This document shows positions 60,804 to 64,000 of a stretch of DNA of 64,000 nt, in pieces. Position numbers and translations under genes: made by a program. Numbering within the stretch: the stretch's first letter is position 1; each line of letters starts with the position of its first letter. Source of the stretch: Alphaproteobacteria bacterium (GTDB lineage: Bacteria; Patescibacteriota; Minisyncoccia; Phycocordibacterales; JABAAK01); contig JASGCN010000002.1 in assembly GCA_030054135.1 (NCBI GenBank), positions 21,484 to 85,483 of the forward strand. Direction: 5' to 3'. Under the pieces are notes generated by a model. That model had not been told where the DNA came from and searched no databases. It saw only the letters and a program-made list of their open reading frames with translations.

Positions 60804-62864
60804 ATGTCTCAATTTAAGATCCAGAGCACTAAAACTCCTTCAGGGAGCCAGCCTACTGCTATTAAAAAATTAGTACAAGGAATTAAAACAGGGCACACAT
60901 ATCAAACTCTTCTTGGAGTTACTGGTTCTGGAAAAACATACACAATTGCTCACGTCATTGAGCAAATTCAAAAACCAACTCTCATACTTGCGCATAATAA
61001 AACACTCGCCGCACAATTAGCACAAGAGTATCGAGAACTATTTCCAAACAATGCTGTGCATTATTTTGTTTCATACTATGATTACTATCAACCAGAGGCG
61101 TATGTTGCTTCAAGTGATACTTACATTGAAAAAGAAGCAATGATCAATCAAGAAATAGAACGATTGCGTCACGCAACAACACAGTCTCTTCTTTCAAGAA
61201 AAGATGTTATCGTTGTTGCGTCTGTTTCTGCAATATATGGGTTAGGAAATCCAATTGAATACGCCAAAGGAAATATTTCACTGAAAGTTGGTATGAAATT
61301 GCAAAAAGAAGCAGTAATGCGATCTTTAATCGGAGCTTTTTTTGAAAGAACAAATATGGATCTACTCTCAGGCACATTTCGTGTTATTGGATCATATCTT
61401 GAAATAATGCCGACCAACGAGGAAATGATTTATCGGTTAAGTTTTTCTGGGGGAATATTACAGCAAATTACTCAAATTCATGCAACGACCAGAGAAATTA
61501 TTAAAGAAAATCTAACATCGTATCTATTGTTTCCCGCAAAACACTTTGTCACCAGTAAGGAAGAGCGAGAACGAGCAGTGCAAGATATAAAACAAGAACT
61601 TAAAGAAAGAATTAAAATGCTAGAAGCCTACGGCGAAAGTAAAGCTATTGAACGAGAGCGATTAAAAAGAAGAACAAAACAAGATATTGCTTTAATTCAA
61701 GAAATTGGTTATTGCAATGGCATAGAAAACTATTCAAGACATTTTGAACATAGAAAAGCAGGTGAGCCGCCACATACACTTCTTTCTTATTTTCCAAAAA
61801 ATAAAAAAGGTGAACCTGATTTTTTAACTGTGATTGATGAATCACACATCACTATTCCACAACTTGGAGGCATGTACGCAGGGGATAGATCTAGAAAAGA
61901 AACTCTTGTGGAGTACGGATTTCGTTTGCCTTCTGCGATCGACAATCGCCCCCTCACTTTTGATGAATTTAATGCGCGTGTGGGGATGTTGGTGTATGTA
62001 TCAGCAACACCCGGAACATACGAGCTAGAGAAAAGTGGGAAAAATAATATTGTTGAACAAATTATTAGACCAACTGGATTAGTTGACCCTGTGGTAGATG
62101 TATACCCAGTGACTGCGGATAAAACAAAAAAATACGAAGGGCAAGTAAAACATTTTATTACAGAAGCAAAAAAAGAAATTACAAAAAAAGGACGAGTGCT
62201 AGTCACTACGCTCACAAAAAAATCAGCAGAGGATTTATCTGCATATATAAAAGAAGCGGGGCTTGAAACAACATATTTGCACAGTGATATAAAAACAATA
62301 GAACGAATAGAAATATTGACGAATTTTCGTAGAGGAACATTTGATGTATTAGTGGGGGTTAATTTATTACGAGAGGGACTTGATTTGCCTGAAGTAACAC
62401 TTGTTGCTATTCTTGATGGGGATAAAGAAGGATTTTTACGCAATGAACGATCACTCATACAGACAATTGGACGCGCAGCGCGTAATGTTGATGGACGAGT
62501 GATTATATATGCAGACATAGAAACTGAATCATTGCGTAAAGCAATACATGAAACTTCTCGAAGAAGAGCGTTGCAAATTGAATACAACGAAAAACACAAT
62601 ATTACTCCCACCACCATCATTAAAAATATAGAAGATATTACCGATCAACTGCAAAAAAAACACACTTCTACTTTACACACACTCCTCAAAACAGACGCTG
62701 AACGATTTGCACAAGATCCAAAAGCTCTCCTTAAGGAAAAGCGAGAAGAAATGGAAGAAGCGGTAGCGCGTATGGATTTTGAAACTGCGGCTCTTATTCG
62801 AGATGAATTATATGCACTTGAAGGAACTCCAAAGAAAAAGAAAATGAAAAAACGATTTCGTTGA
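60804..62864 (+). CDS. uvrB: Excinuclease ABC subunit B
   Basis: PSGSQPTAIKKL, LLGVTGSGKTYT, YFVSYYDYYQPEAY, C-terminal UVR domain. Confidence 0.95.
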   Translation: MSQFKIQSTKTPSGSQPTAIKKLVQGIKTGHTYQTLLGVTGSGKTYTIAHVIEQIQKPTLILAHNKTLAAQLAQEYRELFPNNAVHYFVSYYDYYQPEAYVASSDTYIEKEAMINQEIERLRHATTQSLLSRKDVIVVASVSAIYGLGNPIEYAKGNISLKVGMKLQKEAVMRSLIGAFFERTNMDLLSGTFRVIGSYLEIMPTNEEMIYRLSFSGGILQQITQIHATTREIIKENLTSYLLFPAKHFVTSKEERERAVQDIKQELKERIKMLEAYGESKAIERERLKRRTKQDIALIQEIGYCNGIENYSRHFEHRKAGEPPHTLLSYFPKNKKGEPDFLTVIDESHITIPQLGGMYAGDRSRKETLVEYGFRLPSAIDNRPLTFDEFNARVGMLVYVSATPGTYELEKSGKNNIVEQIIRPTGLVDPVVDVYPVTADKTKKYEGQVKHFITEAKKEITKKGRVLVTTLTKKSAEDLSAYIKEAGLETTYLHSDIKTIERIEILTNFRRGTFDVLVGVNLLREGLDLPEVTLVAILDGDKEGFLRNERSLIQTIGRAARNVDGRVIIYADIETESLRKAIHETSRRRALQIEYNEKHNITPTTIIKNIEDITDQLQKKHTSTLHTLLKTDAERFAQDPKALLKEKREEMEEAVARMDFETAALIRDELYALEGTPKKKKMKKRFR

Positions 62865-62887
62865 TACTGTATTGCTATACTGTATCT

Positions 62888-63340
62888 ATGGACGAATATC
62901 GCATATATACAGATGGGGCGTGTTTAGGAAACCCAGGGCGGGGAGGTATTGGAGTTGTGGTGTATTTACAAGACAGAGAAATTGAAAGCATTGGTATGGG
63001 ATACACATATACAACCAACAACAGAATGGAATTACGCGCATGTATTGTCGCATTAGAAAAGTATGGATTTAAAAGTGAAGTAACTCTTATCACTGATAGT
63101 CAATATGTAAAAAATGGAATTGAAAAATGGATCATCAATTGGAAAAAAAATAACTGGCGTACTGCAAATAAAAAACCAGTGCTTAATAAAGATTTGTGGT
63201 TACAACTTGATGCGCTTACTACTAATCTTGTCCATTGGGAGTGGGTGCGAGGACACACAGGAGATATTGGTAATGAGCGGGCAGATTTTCTTGCAGAGAC
63301 TGCAGCACATCACGGGCCGTATCTCACTGACGAACAATAA
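62888..63340 (+). CDS. rnhA: Ribonuclease HI
   Basis: IYTDGACLGNPGRGG...TDSQYV...HWEWVRGHTGDIGNERAD. Confidence 0.9.
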   Translation: MDEYRIYTDGACLGNPGRGGIGVVVYLQDREIESIGMGYTYTTNNRMELRACIVALEKYGFKSEVTLITDSQYVKNGIEKWIINWKKNNWRTANKKPVLNKDLWLQLDALTTNLVHWEWVRGHTGDIGNERADFLAETAAHHGPYLTDEQ

Positions 63341-63352
63341 TTGGTATTAGTT

Positions 63353-63763
63353 TTATTTTTCCACTTGATTAATTTCTATTGCGCGTACATCAAGGTAGTC
63401 GGGGCCTCCTTCAATAGGATATCCAGGGATTTTTTTTGCTGTGAGTATAACATCTTTCCCAATGTATGCATTTAATTCTTCAGTATTTCCTTTAAGCGCA
63501 TAGATATTTTTTATTGTATGTTGTGCTTTATCTATTGCTATTCCAGTGAGTGTGTGTGTTCCATATTGGTATGTCGTTATTCCAGTTTTTGCAATTGTGC
63601 CGGTATAAAAATTATAATCAAGAGCGAGAGATGTTTCTGTATTGTTTTTTTGATATGTATGTTGTGCTTCCCATGAACGATAATATACACCTCCTACAGT
63701 AATGACAAGTATTGCGAGAATAATAATATATATTATTTTTTTATTCATATATGTATAATACAT
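63353..63763 (-). CDS. Hypothetical secreted/membrane-anchored protein (136 aa)
   Basis: ORF track; N-terminal TM. Confidence 0.45.
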   Translation of the reverse strand: MYYTYMNKKIIYIIILAILVITVGGVYYRSWEAQHTYQKNNTETSLALDYNFYTGTIAKTGITTYQYGTHTLTGIAIDKAQHTIKNIYALKGNTEELNAYIGKDVILTAKKIPGYPIEGGPDYLDVRAIEINQVEK

Positions 63764-63999
63764 TAACTAATAAAAAAAGCTAAGAATATTGTGCTCACCC
63801 ATGATAGTACTGATACACCCCCAGAAATAAAAAGTGACATCCTTTCTTGTTTGGTGGTGCGGGCGAATGTCTTTTCTGTGACTATACGCATAAGACGCCC
63901 AATTACAAATGAATTAATAATAAGACATAACACAAAAAACATTTTTAATAAAAATAAAGGGTTAAGAAAAAAATACAAAGGAGAAATATTCCATACCAT
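63763..63999 (-). CDS. Hypothetical small membrane protein (possibly longer, start at window edge)
   Basis: ORF track; window ends at 64000. Confidence 0.3.
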   Translation of the reverse strand: MVWNISPLYFFLNPLFLLKMFFVLCLIINSFVIGRLMRIVTEKTFARTTKQERMSLFISGGVSVLSWVSTIFLAFFIS

Positions 64000-64000
64000 T

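Overview
Low-GC (~30-35% by eye) bacterial chromosome segment with a reduced-genome, candidate-phyla-radiation-like character. Gene content is mostly housekeeping: groES-groEL, secD-secF, ftsW/rodA, uvrB, rnhA, lysS, tgt, msrB-msrA, rsmI, lemA-htpX, M16/M23/NlpC-P60 peptidases, pilM plus a comF-like gene, and an ECF sigma/anti-sigma pair. Interspersed are many lineage-specific membrane or secreted proteins, including giant LysM- and pilin-like proteins. rRNA genes are unlinked: 23S-5S at 12.98-16.15 kb and a separate 16S at 39.37-40.83 kb, each with its own TTGACA-17/18-TATAGT promoter. The 16S 3' tail after a well-formed h45 lacks the CCUCC anti-Shine-Dalgarno. Consistent with that, almost every gene in the window has no SD and carries a TATAAT-like -10 box 4-8 nt upstream of its start codon, i.e. 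leaderless mRNAs. The first ~920 bp is a striking exception. It holds small ORFs with textbook AAGGAG SDs and canonical promoters, a twice-repeated terminator module, and a short promoter-to-terminator unit carrying AAAGGAGGTGATCC, a perfect complement of a canonical 16S tail. Three tRNAs are present: Glu-UUC (-), Gln-CUG (+) and Ile-GAU (-). The last is followed by a 2x130-bp tandem repeat built from scrambled tRNA-Ile fragments. The most interesting locus is 44.4-48.8 kb. A SIR2-like (SIR2_2-type GAGxS / NYD / GYSF motifs) 401-aa protein gene is transcribed divergently from a 654-aa FtsK/HerA/TraD-superfamily P-loop ATPase gene. The cassette is bracketed by a direct repeat of the ATPase promoter plus 5' coding region, with an internally deleted pseudogene copy upstream. 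This is a candidate SIR2 + ATPase defence-type module sitting in a rearranged, recombination-prone context. Other notable items are an HNH-nuclease::DEAH/HrpA-like helicase fusion (866 aa), a 769-aa protein with a type IV pilin N-terminus, a conserved ~150-bp promoter/terminator-hairpin leader shared by three small secreted-protein genes, and several hairpin-rich intergenic segments that may encode small RNAs.
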